64,000 nt of DNA from Lama guanicoe (lineage: Eukaryota). Position numbers and translations under genes: made by a program. This document shows, in pieces, positions 28,939 to 40,900 of this stretch (positions are counted from its first letter, which is position 1; each line of letters begins with the position of its first letter). The notes under the pieces were generated by a model that searched no databases, was not told the DNA's origin, and was given only the letters and a program-made list of their open reading frames with translations. The stretch covers positions 1,443,236-1,507,235 of the forward strand of contig MU053472.1 of NCBI GenBank assembly GCA_013239625.1, read 5' to 3'.

Positions 28939-29025
28939 TGCATAATTATATGAAGTAAATAGGACAAATCCCTCATTCTCTGAAACTGTCCTGATTACAT
29001 TCATTCCTATTTTTAAAAAAATATT

Positions 29026-29150
29026 TGGGGGGTAGGTAATTGGGTTTATTTATTTTTTAATTTTTTCTTAAAGTGGAGGTGCTGGGGATTGAACCCAGGA
29101 CCTTGTGCATGCTAAACACATGTTTTACCACTGAAATATACCCTTCCCCC
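29026..29150 (-). mobile_element. tRNA-derived SINE (Vic-1-like)
   Basis: GGGGATTGAACCCAGGACC core on the plus strand. Confidence 0.8.
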
Positions 29151-29369
29151 ATTCCTGTGTTTTAATGCTTCAACTCTTTTTTTTGTTTTTTTAATGCTTC
29201 AACTTTTCCTTCCTTTTCATGAAATATAGTACATTTTTAGTATAGTCTCATTTTTCTCCAAAGCCACCAGAGTCGATCTCTTTTGCTTGCAATCAGAAGA
29301 ACTGTAACAGTATAAAATGTCCTTGGACATTTAAATTACTTCTGGTTTTTAATATTATTAATATTACAA

Positions 29370-29550
29370 CAAACAAAGATTACACTGTATAGCACAGGGA
29401 AATATACACAAAATGTTATGATAAATCACAGAGAAAAAAATGTGACAATGAGTGTGTATATGTCCATGAATGACTGAAAAATTGTGCTGAACACTGGAAT
29501 TTGACACAACATTGTAAAATGATTATAAATCAATAAAAAATGTTAAAAAA
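29370..29550 (+). mobile_element. Young 5'-truncated L1 3' end
   Basis: Same subfamily as 1-215; flanking ATTACAACAAACA duplication. Confidence 0.85.
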
Positions 29551-29640
29551 TAATATTACAACAAACATTCCTTACATCTTTGTATATCTGTATATTATTT
29601 TTAAGATAAATTCCTTAAAAATTTTTTTTTATTTTAAACA

Positions 29641-29777
29641 TTTTGGGGTGGGGGTAATTACGTATTAATTTATTTATTTATTTGTTTGTGTACTGATTTC
29701 AATGCAGGTACTGGGAATTGAACCCAGGACCTCATGCATCCTAAACTTGTGCTCTACCACTGAGCTATACCCTCCCC
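29641..29777 (-). mobile_element. tRNA-derived SINE (Vic-1-like)
   Basis: Reverse A/B boxes; flanking AAGATAAATTCCT duplication. Confidence 0.85.
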
Positions 29778-32095
29778 TCAAGATAAATTCCTCTTTAAAA
29801 ATTTTTCTTCAAAGTGTATATTGTCTTACTTCCCTGATTAAAGACTTCTAGTGATTCATCATTGCCCAAATCATAAAGTCTACATCTCCTGAACTGGCTT
29901 AAAGTCCTTCACAATCTACTCCAAACCTACATTTCCACCTCTTGCATTATTCCTATACTACCTTCTACCTTACTTTCTATTTCTTGAAATCTGGTCTTCA
30001 GCTGTGCCAAAAAACTGGCCACTGCCTAATTGGGAAACACATGGTGAATCATGCTCCCCACGCTCTTGACACATCTTATCAATATCAAGAACACCTAAGT
30101 ACCCTGAATTACTCAGACTATATCCTGCCTGGGATGTCAAGCAGCTCAAAGTTAAATTTGACGCCTATTCACTTAACTCTTACTACTAACTCTTATTAGC
30201 CTAACCGTGTCTTTCATTTCTTTGGATTGATCTCTGTCCATATATTTAAGGCTTTATTCTTTAAATTATAAAATCAACGGGATATAGAAAAGAAGAAAAA
30301 TATTACTAGTTTTTAAAACATAAATAATGTTGTTAAAAAAAAAAGTACTTTATAAACTATACAGTCCTCTGTTGTTCCCTAATCCCACTCCCCAGAGGTG
30401 GCTGTTGTTAAGCTCATAAAATATACTTCCAAGTTTTTAATATAAGCAACTAAAACTCTCATACATTGCTGGTGGGGATAAAAATTGGAATAACCATTTT
30501 GGAAAACTATTTGGCAGCATCTACTAAAGCAATATATACATAGGCACACAATAGTTTTACTCCAAAGTATATACCCAACATATAGATATATGTGAAAATA
30601 GATAAAAGAAATGTTCATAGAACATTATTCATAATAACTCAAAACTAGAGCCAACCCAGTTGTAGAATAAATAAATAAATTTTGCTATATATAATAAAAA
30701 TACCATACAGCAACAGAAATTAACACACTGTAGCAACATTTGATATGAATATCTCTCACAATGATGACCAAAGAAGACAGACACAAAAGAAAATATACTG
30801 TATGATTACATTGAAATAAAGTTCAAAACAGGCAAAACTAATGTACAGTGATAGAAATCAGGATGTAGTTACCTCTAGAGAGGATGTTTGCGACTAGGAG
30901 GGTGCTTGAGGGGGCACGTGGGCTGTTAATAGGCTCAGTAACTTTGTAATAATTTATTAAGCCGTACATTGATGCAGGAAAAAGATACTGATCTTACTAT
31001 TTTTAATGCTCCAGAGTCTTCCATTAGATGGATGTTTAGTAATTCACTAATGTTCTCTGTTAATTGGGCATTTACTTCGAACTTAGGTATTTATTCCTAC
31101 CTTACTGTTGCAATGAACAATCTTGTACTTATACCTTTTTCCATTTGTATAAATATATCTGTGAGATACATTTCCACTAGAAGAGATGATGCTTTAAAAG
31201 AAATACACATTGTAAAGGTTGATGGGCATTGTTGTATAATACTGCAAAAAGCTGCACTAATTTGCGTTTATACCAATGGGACATGATTGCTTCATTTCCA
31301 TAACCAGGAAATTCACTGGGTAGTATTGGTTTTTTAATTGCTGCCTGTCTAGTAGGTGAAAACATTTCATCATTGCTGCATTCATTTGTACTTTTAAATT
31401 ATTGGAGAAGTTGAAAACTTTTCCACGCTGCTAACCGTTTGTTTATGATTTTTTTTCAAGCTGCCTTTTTACGGTTTTTGTCTCCTTTTTTCCCTAGGGA
31501 GTAGTTTACTTTTAATTTACATGTTAAGAACACTGACCTTTTATCAAGTGGTGGAAAGTATTTTTCCTGGCTTGTCATTTGGAGTTTGTTTTCATTTATG
31601 GAGGTTTTTTTTTTTTTTAGCCTTAAAGAAGTATTTAAAATGTTCATGTGTTCAGTTTTAGGGTTTTAATGTTTTCTAGTACCTTGTCAGATTTGAAGTC
31701 CAGCAGGCGAGTTTTTCAGAAGTTGTCTTGTGTTGACCATTTTGTATCAGTTTTTCCTGGAACACACTGTCCCCTTTGGATGTTCTAGGGAAGGAGATCA
31801 AGGTAACAGACAAATTCTGCCCACACATCCTGGGCCAGCCTCCCAGACACTGGTCTGGAGCAAATAAGACAAGCAGTCTAGCTCGTCAGGACCTTTATGA
31901 ATGCCTCTTTGATCCTGGCCTCCGAAGCCTTTGAAATGGATGAAGGCAGAACATTCACTTTTCTATCCAACAGACACGTTATATACTACGTAAGAACTCA
32001 CACCATCTTTCCTGCTCAGCTCTGTTTTCAAATCTGACTTATTAGATGACACCACCCAAATAACACTGTGCCAGCTATTTTTAAAAAGCATAACA

Positions 32096-32194
32096 TGGTG
32101 GGGGGGATAGCTCAGCGGTGGAGTGCATGCTATGCTCAAGGTCCTGGGTTCAACCCCCAATACCTCCATTAAGTAAGTAAATTTAAAAATAAAA
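32096..32194 (+). mobile_element. tRNA-derived SINE (Vic-1-like)
   Basis: A/B boxes; TSD AAAAGCATAAC. Confidence 0.85.
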
Positions 32195-32750
32195 AGCATA
32201 ACGTTTGGAATTTAACAGAATGAACCCTTTCTCTTGTATTTTTAAGAGAAATTGATGTTCCCCAAATGAATCTCCCATCCTTTACACCCAAAGAAACAAT
32301 GAAATACCCAAATTTCCCCTTTCCCAATTCTCCTTATTCAGGGTTCTAGCTGGAGAGGTCTCCTTCAGGCGTCAGAGTTCTTTCTTTGACAACTGCAGCT
32401 CTAACCATCTTTCACTAGACCCACTGCAGTTCTTCCAGCCCCTCCCAGAATGTTCTAACCCAATTCTGTACTTTTCCTGAGTTCTAGAAGAATGCACGAA
32501 AATGTTTCAGCATAATCCTCTTGTCCACAAAACTTCATTTCCCACACTGTAGTGATTTTCCATAATCTAATTGCGATCTGAATCTACAGGGTGGGTGCCA
32601 GCCATTGGCCGTAGCAGAGTTTTCATTGTTGGGGTAAGACAGCGGAAACAGTGAGAAAGAACTTTCCTGTTTTAGATTTACTATGAATCTCATCAGTACA
32701 TTCCAGATATTCCAAGCACACCAACTATGCAATTAAAATTCAGTTGGGTC

Positions 32751-32880
32751 AGGAGAGGACATAGCTCAGTGGTAGAGTGTGTGCCTAGCATGTATGAGGT
32801 CCTGGGTTCAACCCCCAGTTCCTCCATTAAGAAGTAAACAAATAAATAAACCTAGTAACTACCCCCACTGAAAAAAAACA
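32751..32880 (+). mobile_element. tRNA-derived SINE (Vic-1-like)
   Basis: A/B boxes; imperfect TSD AAAATTCAGTTGGG / AAAATCCAATTGGG. Confidence 0.85.
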
Positions 32881-33636
32881 CACTCACAAAAACAAAATCC
32901 AATTGGGAGATGGTCCACAATAAGAAGTTGTGACAGTAAACTTCCCTGAAAAGAAAAATTTACCTTGCATATAAACTTTCATTTCCCAGACAATAATATC
33001 TGAACTACTTTTGTCTCCTTGCAAAAAGAAGGAAATTTGTAAGGGTTATTCCTAAGACCCAGACTAGTGAGTTTTCTTTCTTTTCTGCCCCTCATCCAAC
33101 TTCTTTCATGGTCAGAGAAAGTAGCTCACCTCACACTACAGTAACCAAAGAGGTAAATCCCAGCAACCAGGCCACAGGCCAAATAATTGCTCCTACCCAG
33201 GCATTTGAGTCTTGAGTGAGTGATGAAATGACGAAGGGATGGTTGGAAATTCACAGGGTGGGGGTGCGGTGGCAGTGTCTCACCATGGCAAGCACAGTAA
33301 ACACTTCTTGATAAAAGACAGCTGTGGTGATTCCTGCTTCTTAGGCCTGAGTTGTCTCAGCCTCTGTTTTCTGAGCCTGATTCTCCAGGTTTCCATTGAT
33401 TCTGTGAGCTAATCACAAGACTATGCAAAGTTAGGGATACCCTCCCCCCACCGCAAAAAGGAGGACTGACACTGGACAGCAAAAAACTGTGACAGATGAT
33501 GTACTGTATCTTCCTTCTGCTCCCTTTGTGTTTATCTCATGTTTACAACATAGGAATTTCCATTTCATCTTTGGTGCCCATATTCCAGGCCCACCAAAGA
33601 CAGCCATAGGCTTTGGCCTCCACTCTCCTTTAGGAA

Positions 33637-34295
33637 TGTTGCTGATAGATGCAACCAGTGTTCCAGGTTCTTGTCCCGTCCCAGAAAGAATTCAGAGACA
33701 AGACTCAGAGGTTAAAAAAAGATAAAGTGAGGACTTATTAAAGGATGGATAGTACACTCTCAGGGGAGAGCGGGCAGGCTCAGGTGAGCAGCTGCCCTGA
33801 GTTTCTTTGGCAAGTTAGTTACATAGGGTGTAAAAATGAATGGGCGGAATATTCACCGGGGAGGGAAGGGTTTGGGATCATATTCCCTGATTATCATCCC
33901 AACTCCACCTTCCCAAAGGGAGGAGGGATTTTTGTCTTTATTTAGTCTGGATTGGAAGTATCATGGCGTCGGTGCATGATGGGTACTTCTGATCTACAAG
34001 GCTAATTTTATTGAAATGAGGGCATAATGAGCAAAAGGTTACATTCGGACACTAGAAATTCCTGCCTTTTCTCACCTTTCTTTGTTCTTCTCCAGGCCAC
34101 TTGTCATCCCAAAAGGCATGATCCCTTATCAGCCCCAAGGTTCCTGCTTATCTTTCTCTACCCAAGAATCCCTGCTGCTTACATGATGTGTGATTTCCTG
34201 CATTTGGCCTGTGCCCCTCCTTTCTGCCCAACTCCTGCCATTTGGTCTGTGTCCCCCTTTCTCTGCTCATATCTAGCTATCTGCCTGCTCTAACA
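33637..34295 (-). mobile_element. ERV1-type solo LTR (659 bp)
   Basis: TG...CA termini (TGTTG...TAACA); perfect 4-bp TSD GGAA at 33633-33636 and 34296-34299; CpGs retained; degenerate polyA signal on the minus strand. Confidence 0.85.
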
Positions 34296-36700
34296 GGAAT
34301 ATGCCTCCGTGTATCTATAAAAGGCATCTCTCCAAGCAGAGTGTACAGTTTTGTATTCCCTGCAGTTTCACCTCCGCGGTCTTTGCAGCCCTCTGCTGTT
34401 GCATATGCCCCAGAGGCTGCCGCTGCTCCTGCCTGCAGCCCCACAGTTCCTCACAGTTGTAGCTCCTGGTTCTAGGTGACATTCTCATCATGTGCCACTC
34501 CTGCCTTGTGGGGATCTTCTAAGAGCAAAACATGAGTCAATGAGCTTGAGGTCTGAAAACTTCCTCTTAATACAGCACCTCCTTGGTGGAGTTGTCAAGG
34601 AACTAGCCTTCCACTGTCAGCCCAGCGTCCAACCCAGTCTTACATGTGACCTTCTGTGGTGGGTCATGTGTGCTGCTGTCTGGCTCCTGTTTCATGGATC
34701 TCGACACTCTGGTTTCCCTCAACTCCGTGTATATCCTAAGCACGCTGCTTGTAGCGTATGTCATTGTGTGTGTGCTGGGCTATAATATTTTAAATGTTAA
34801 TGTGTATTTCCTTACCCTCCAGACTATCCTTTTGTTTTCTTTTTGTTCTTCCAGAAGAGATTTTTTTCCCACAACCTAGAATTAGCTCTGTATCTCCCAC
34901 AGCTTTGGGCAAATGGGGGTGGAGGTTGGGGACATCACTGTGCAGTGTCAGAAACAAAAGGCAACACATTTTGATTTGTAAGCTCAAAAGCCATTTCTGT
35001 CTTGTAAAGCAAAAAAATATTCAGAAAGTAGATAAAAACAACTTTCGGAGGACCAGACAGGTAGAGACTGAGAATCTGACAATCTCTCCTCATTTCCACT
35101 GCCACTCACAGGAGTTTAAACTCAAAGGGAAGAAAGGCCAAGTAGGAACAAACCTAAACACACTATTTTAAACATGAATTGAGATAGAATTGAATTGGAT
35201 TGTTTGCTTTAAATTGGCAAGATTGTTTTCTGCCTTAGGCAGGATGGGGACTCAAGGTCAGAAATTACAATTGAATAGTAGAAAATACTTCTAGTTGATA
35301 CACACCCTGCATTTGCAGGACCCAGAGACGGATCACCTTTTTAATTGTGCACAATAGGTGTCTCACTTACTTTTCTCTGGTACCAGCCCTGCTCTGTATT
35401 TGTTGCTTTTCGAGGGTACCTTTCAATGATTTCCTGAACTTTGGCTTTTTCCAGGGAAGAATCAGCTATTTCTGAGATCACTACTTGACCACTCCTTTGT
35501 TCAATCTTTTTTGGGCCCCAAACATCCTCCCTGAAATAGTAACAACTGATAGACTGCCCATTTTCTAAGACTGTTGTATCTGAGTAAAAATTTTTCATAT
35601 GTCCCTTTCACTGTCAGAGCACATCCTTTCTTTCTGACAGGCTCCTCTCCTCCCTCACATCCTGACAAACTCTAATGTACCCTCTGCCAATTCTGCAAAA
35701 CAAACAAACAAACAAAAAAAACCCCACTGCTATTTCTTTGTTTACAATTTCTTACAAGACACTGTTCTTTCTGCCAGAAGCCCTTCCTCCACCTCTCACC
35801 CTAACTCAAAACTGAGGACTCCAAATGCAGATTCTCTTTAAGTGAAATTCTAAAGGCCAAAAATGTCACTCACTTTTTTCTCCCACCCTTTTTCAAGAAG
35901 CCACACACAATTCCCATGGCTTCTTCCCATCCATTGTGGTTGCACCGACATTGCAGAGCTCGGCCTCATGTAATGACCACTCAGGATTCTTAATCAGCAA
36001 AGACAGGAAAAGGGTGGCAGTGTATTAAAGTCCTTTGGATTTAAACCCAGAAAATGACTGCTACTTGCTAAGGGGGAAAAAAAGGAATTTGATGTGGAAG
36101 CAGCTCACAAATCTTGGAAAAAATAGTAGTCTTTTTTTGCTGTTGCCATTTTGACCATTTATAAGTGTACAACTCAAGAGGCACTAATTACAATCACAAT
36201 GTTGTGCAACTGCCACCACTATTTCCAAAACTTTTTCATCATCCCTAATGGGTACTCTGTACTCGTTAAGCAATAATTCCCATTCCCCCATTCTCCTAGT
36301 AAACTCTATTCTACTTTCTGTTTCTATGAATTTAACTACTTCAGGTACCTCACATTGGTGGAATCATATGATATTTATTCCTTGTGTGTCTGGCTTATTT
36401 TATGTAACATAATGTTTTCAATGTTCACCCACATTGTAGCATGTATCAGAACATCATTCCTTACTACAGCTGAATAATATTCCACTGTATATATACACCA
36501 CCTTTGTTTATCCATTCATCTTTGGATCTACACTTGGGCTGCTTCAATTTTTGGCTATTGTGAATAATGCTGCTGTGAATAAGCATGTACAAATATCTAT
36601 TTGAGTCCCTGTTTTCAATTCTTGGGGGTACATACCCAGAACTTGCTGGGTCAGTCATGTAGTAATTCTTGTTTAATTTTTTGAGAAACCACCATACTGT

Positions 36701-37166
36701 TGTTACGGAAACAACAGGCCAGTCAAGAAACAAGCACCACTCGGAGGGTTGGAGTCCTCAGATTTATTACACCGGTGGGCTCAGAGGGGCTTCTGCTCCA
36801 AAGCTCTGAGCACCTCCAAGAGGTGCGCATGAGGTTTTACAGGGTAAAGTACAAGCTTGGGGTATTCGCCCAATAGGCATGGAACAGCTTTAGCAGCATT
36901 ATCGTCACAAAAGTGGAGGTGGGGAGGCAGCAAACAAACATTCCAAAGCCAGATATGTATCTTTGAAAATCCAGCTGGCTAGCAAAAAAACATGAACAGC
37001 AAACCAACACTAATTAACTTAGACTTACAAGTTAGTCCAGCAGAACTCAGATCAGTATCCCAATACTTAGACTTGTGAGTTATCTTGTTAGGCCCAGCCC
37101 AGCCTCTCCTTCACATTCCTAGACCTGTGAGTTATCTTGTTAGACCAGCCCAGCTTTTCCTTCACA
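36701..37166 (-). mobile_element. ERV1-type solo LTR (466 bp) inserted in an L1
   Basis: TGT...ACA termini; 4-bp TSD CTGT at 36697-36700 and 37167-37170 splitting the L1 motif CCATACTGTTTTC; AATAAA on the minus strand at 36763-36768. Confidence 0.85.
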
Positions 37167-37756
37167 CTGTTTTCTATAAATTCATTTTATACTAACATTT
37201 TGTTTCCTGATACCTTATGTGATTCAGAAAGTATTCCTTAAATATGATCATATCAAAAAACTTAGAATAGGTAAAATAATCTTGCCCTTTTCCATTTCTG
37301 AAAAAAAATTGAGATTTTGCTAGAGATTACATTGACTCTGTAGACGACTTTCAGTAGTATTGACATCTTAATAGGAAGTCTTCCAATCTATTACATGAGA
37401 TATCTTTCCATTTATTTAGGTCTTTAATTTCACCCAGCCATGCTTTATAGTTTTTGGTATAGTCTTACACCTCCTTGGTTAAATTTATTCTGAAGTGTTT
37501 CATTCTTTTTGATGCTATTAGGATGTGGACTTTAAAGATTAGCCTCTTAGCAACTTTCAAATAGGCGATACAGTATTATTAACTATAGTCACCATGCTGT
37601 GTATTACATTCCCATGACTTGGAATTGTTTTCTTAATTTCCTTTTTATATTGTTTGTAACTGTTGTATAGAAATACAGCTGATTTTCAGGTACTTATTTT
37701 GTATCCTGTAGTTTTACAAAAATCATTTATTAGCTCTAACAGTCTTTTTATGAGTT

Positions 37757-37779
37757 TGTGTGTGTGTGTGTGTGTGTGT
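37757..37779. repeat. (TG)n microsatellite
   Basis: Direct reading. Confidence 0.9.
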
Positions 37780-38722
37780 AGATTCTTTAGGGTATCCTAC
37801 ATGTAAAATCATACCATCTGCAAACAGAGATAGTTTTACTTCTTCCTTTCCAATTTGGATAGCTTTTATTTCTTTTTCTTGCCCATTTGCTCTGCCTTGA
37901 TTGGAAAGAATTGACATTAGAGCAGCATAGTCATCTCCCAGAGCTTCTCTTTAGGATGTTGCCATAAGGCATCTCCGTTCTAAACTATTTCTGTGTGTCT
38001 CCATTCAAGATTGCAATTCCTGGGAGACAGAATCTGCGTATGCCCATGACTTCTGGTGGCCTAACTCCCGTGGGTGACATGTTGTAAGATTAGCCGAGCT
38101 TGGCCTTCTCCCTGCCTAGAGAGTGAGCCTGCTATCAGAAGAAAGTGATGGCAGAGATGCCAAGTGGATAAAAGCAGTAAGTACTTCAGTACTTGGGGAT
38201 CCTACAAACAAACCACCCATCTGGTCTGCATAAGGTTGATCTAGGTGCCTGTTTTCTTGTCGATTTCTTAGAGGTAAGTAAAAAGTGCATTATTGGTACC
38301 ATCCTGTCCACTCAGGGTGGGTGAGGATTTCTGCAAGGTAATAAGCAAATTCTCTGTTTTGGATCAAAGCATTATGCCTAATGTCCAAGAGAGAAGTGGG
38401 GAGCTCAGGTACTCCTAACCAAACAGAACCCGCCTGTAATCCTAAGAAAAAACAGGGTCATCAAGTCCTTCTTGTACTGAGACCTAGAACACAGGTGACA
38501 CCTGAGTCTATAGCTCATTGTGGTACTGGCAACATAAATCTCTCTTACATCCTGATCATACGTAATGTCTTTTTTTGTACTTGGAAGTATCCTCAAAGGG
38601 CCTGGTTCCTTCAGAAAAGGGCACACTCTTTCTGAAATTGGATGTCAATTTTATAACTTTGGCTCATTTCCCAATTAGGCAAGAGTGAATCTTGCAACAT
38701 AATTTTATATATTCTATTTTGC

Positions 38723-38742
38723 AAACGCCCCCTGGTGGACAA
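38723..38742 (-). promoter_or_regulatory. CTCF binding motif
   Basis: Minus strand TTGTCCACCAGGGGGCGTTT matches the core CCASYAGRKGGCR; an isolated GC-rich word with a retained CpG in AT-rich DNA. Confidence 0.7.
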
Positions 38743-39609
38743 AACTAGTATGGTTTCCAGCATAACAACCAGTTACAATAAAGTCACTGGAAATAATAGA
38801 TTGGGTCCAGGGAGTGATCAAACCCTCGCCTTGGATCTACTCACTACACAAACCAGCCAAAAGGGCGTTTGATGACTCCACCACGTTTTCTCTTGTCTTT
38901 TCTACTTCCATCCAAATTAATCATGATACAATCATTAAAAGGAAAATATTTGTTATCATGCCATCCAAGTTGTTAGCAACTGTGGTAGCAAAATGTTTGG
39001 GGAGTGTATGGAGTAAGGTTCAGGTGCTAGGAAGTGATGGGAAGTTAGTAATTAGCATGTCCACTCTCCAACAGCATAGAATATGCATACCAACAGGAAA
39101 ACCACTAAACCAAAAATCCCATGTATCATGTGAGAATTCAGTAGGTGCCATATTATTTGCAAAAAGTATCAATCATGACTGTTTCTCCCCATCCACAAGA
39201 GTAGCAACTAAAAACTGGAAATCTTTTTCACAAAGGTGAGAAGCACTCCATGAACTTGGACATAGAACACTTATAGACCAGATCCCTGAAATCTTCTCTT
39301 GAGAAATATCACAAGTAAAACTGAAATCTAGTTTCTGGGTTTAGACAGAAAAATTATCTGAAACTTATGCAAGTACTTGAAACTGCAAATTACTTGTGAC
39401 TTGACCTTTACTGAGTCAGCAGCAGCCCATTTTAGCCCTTTTCTTTTTCTCCCGTCCTGCTGATCTTTCCTAGGTGTAGCAGAATATTAGTGTATTTTCT
39501 CAGTCTCTGCCAACCACAAATGTCACTTTTAAATTTCAGCTACAGGAAGTGACACAAGTAAACATTCTCTATAAATTATGTCATCAATAATGGTTTCTGA
39601 CGAGAAAGT

Positions 39610-40900
39610 TTTAAAAATCAGAGGAAGGGACTAAAGCAGATGCTCTGGGCTCTCACATTAAGTCTCCTTGACCCACCTCTGCTTTCAGAAGCAGCCATGG
39701 TGGACAGTTCCGTGTGAGCCCAGATGCACCTAGCACTGACCATGGCCCTGCCTCCGTACAGTACATCTTGCATATCCTGGCCCAGGACTTTCTCCAGTGC
39801 CACAGGAGGTGCTAGATCCCTAGACAAGTTAGTGCAGGGCAAACTCATCCAGTGCAGAATGGGAGTGGATGGTAACCCAACCTCCCATCCTTCAGATGGA
39901 CCATCTGGGAGGCATTCTGTAGTTTCTAAGGAGGCTCTGGCTCCTGTTACCCACAGCAACAATCTCGATAATGACCTTTGAGTGATCGTTTCCTTCTCTA
40001 TTTCATTATTCTCTATCCCTCCTGTGATCATCTTCCAAATAAACTACCTTCACTCAATTCTTTGTCTTCAACTCTGCTTTCAGGTGAACTCAATAGTCAT
40101 CATTGGTATTTGAGTCCTCTATTCAGGAGCTTAGCTATCTTGGCACCTGGTACCTCTAAGGAACTATGGCGGGGGACGTGTGGGAACAAACTGATGGTTG
40201 TGAGTATGGGAGACTACTTCAGAGAACAGAGACAGATAAGGGAGGAGAGAAAAGAATCCAGACCCAGACAAGGCAGAGTAGAAGAGGCTTTGATGGTACG
40301 AAGCAGAGGGTGAATGGGGATCCTGGGCCATCCCAAAGGGAGCAGCCACCAGGGAGGAGATTAGCTCAAGACTGCTGGGGCTATGTTGACATATCACCCC
40401 TCTTCCTATTCTTCCCCTAATTCTTATTCTGACAGCTCCAATGATTCTGTGAGCCCCAGACACATGCAGGAGCATGCAGTAATAGGTATTGTTTTCTTCC
40501 AGGGATGGGATATGACAAATACGAAAATTCCAAGGAGAGAAGAGAATGCATGGTCCAGACCTTATCCCCAAGGATCCCTAGTTCATTCCTACCCTCCCTT
40601 TGCCCTTTGTCTCCCTGATTTTCTTGATTCCCCCAGTAGATTTCCATGGTGAGTTAGAAGAAGGCAAAGACCACTGAGCTCTTCACTTTCACCCTGTGTA
40701 CTTGATTCTCAGGTTCAGGGGTTGTGGCCCAGCCTCAGTGTCAGGGTGCCTTTTGAACCCTCACACTATTGTATCACTCTCCATTTCCCACCTCGAACGT
40801 GTCCGGAGGAATAATTCCCTGCTTTTTACCCTCCCTGGGTATGAGGTCCTAGATCCTGTTACTCATTCCTTAAACCTAGGAAGAAAAATTAAAACTCATT
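39610..40900 (+). mobile_element. ERVL LTR16-like LTR followed by degenerate internal sequence
   Basis: AATAAACTACCTTCACTCAATTCTTTGTCTTCAACTCTGCTTTC resembles an LTR16 3' end; assignment from recall. Confidence 0.45.

Larger units (their letters stand above)
36140..37880 (-). mobile_element. L1 fragments (3' UTR and ORF2) interrupted by a solo LTR
   Basis: ORFs KQPKCRSKDEWINK and [26 protein letters not shown] match the L1 ORF2 C-terminus and the RT FADD region. Confidence 0.85.

Noticed and set aside
33637..37166. The two LTRs as ends of one provirus
   Set aside because: Different sequences and lengths, each with its own TSD; no PBS or retroviral ORFs between them.
39618..40652. Cluster of 85-137 aa ORFs
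   Set aside because: They lie in LTR16/ERVL-like sequence with no intact gag/pol motifs.
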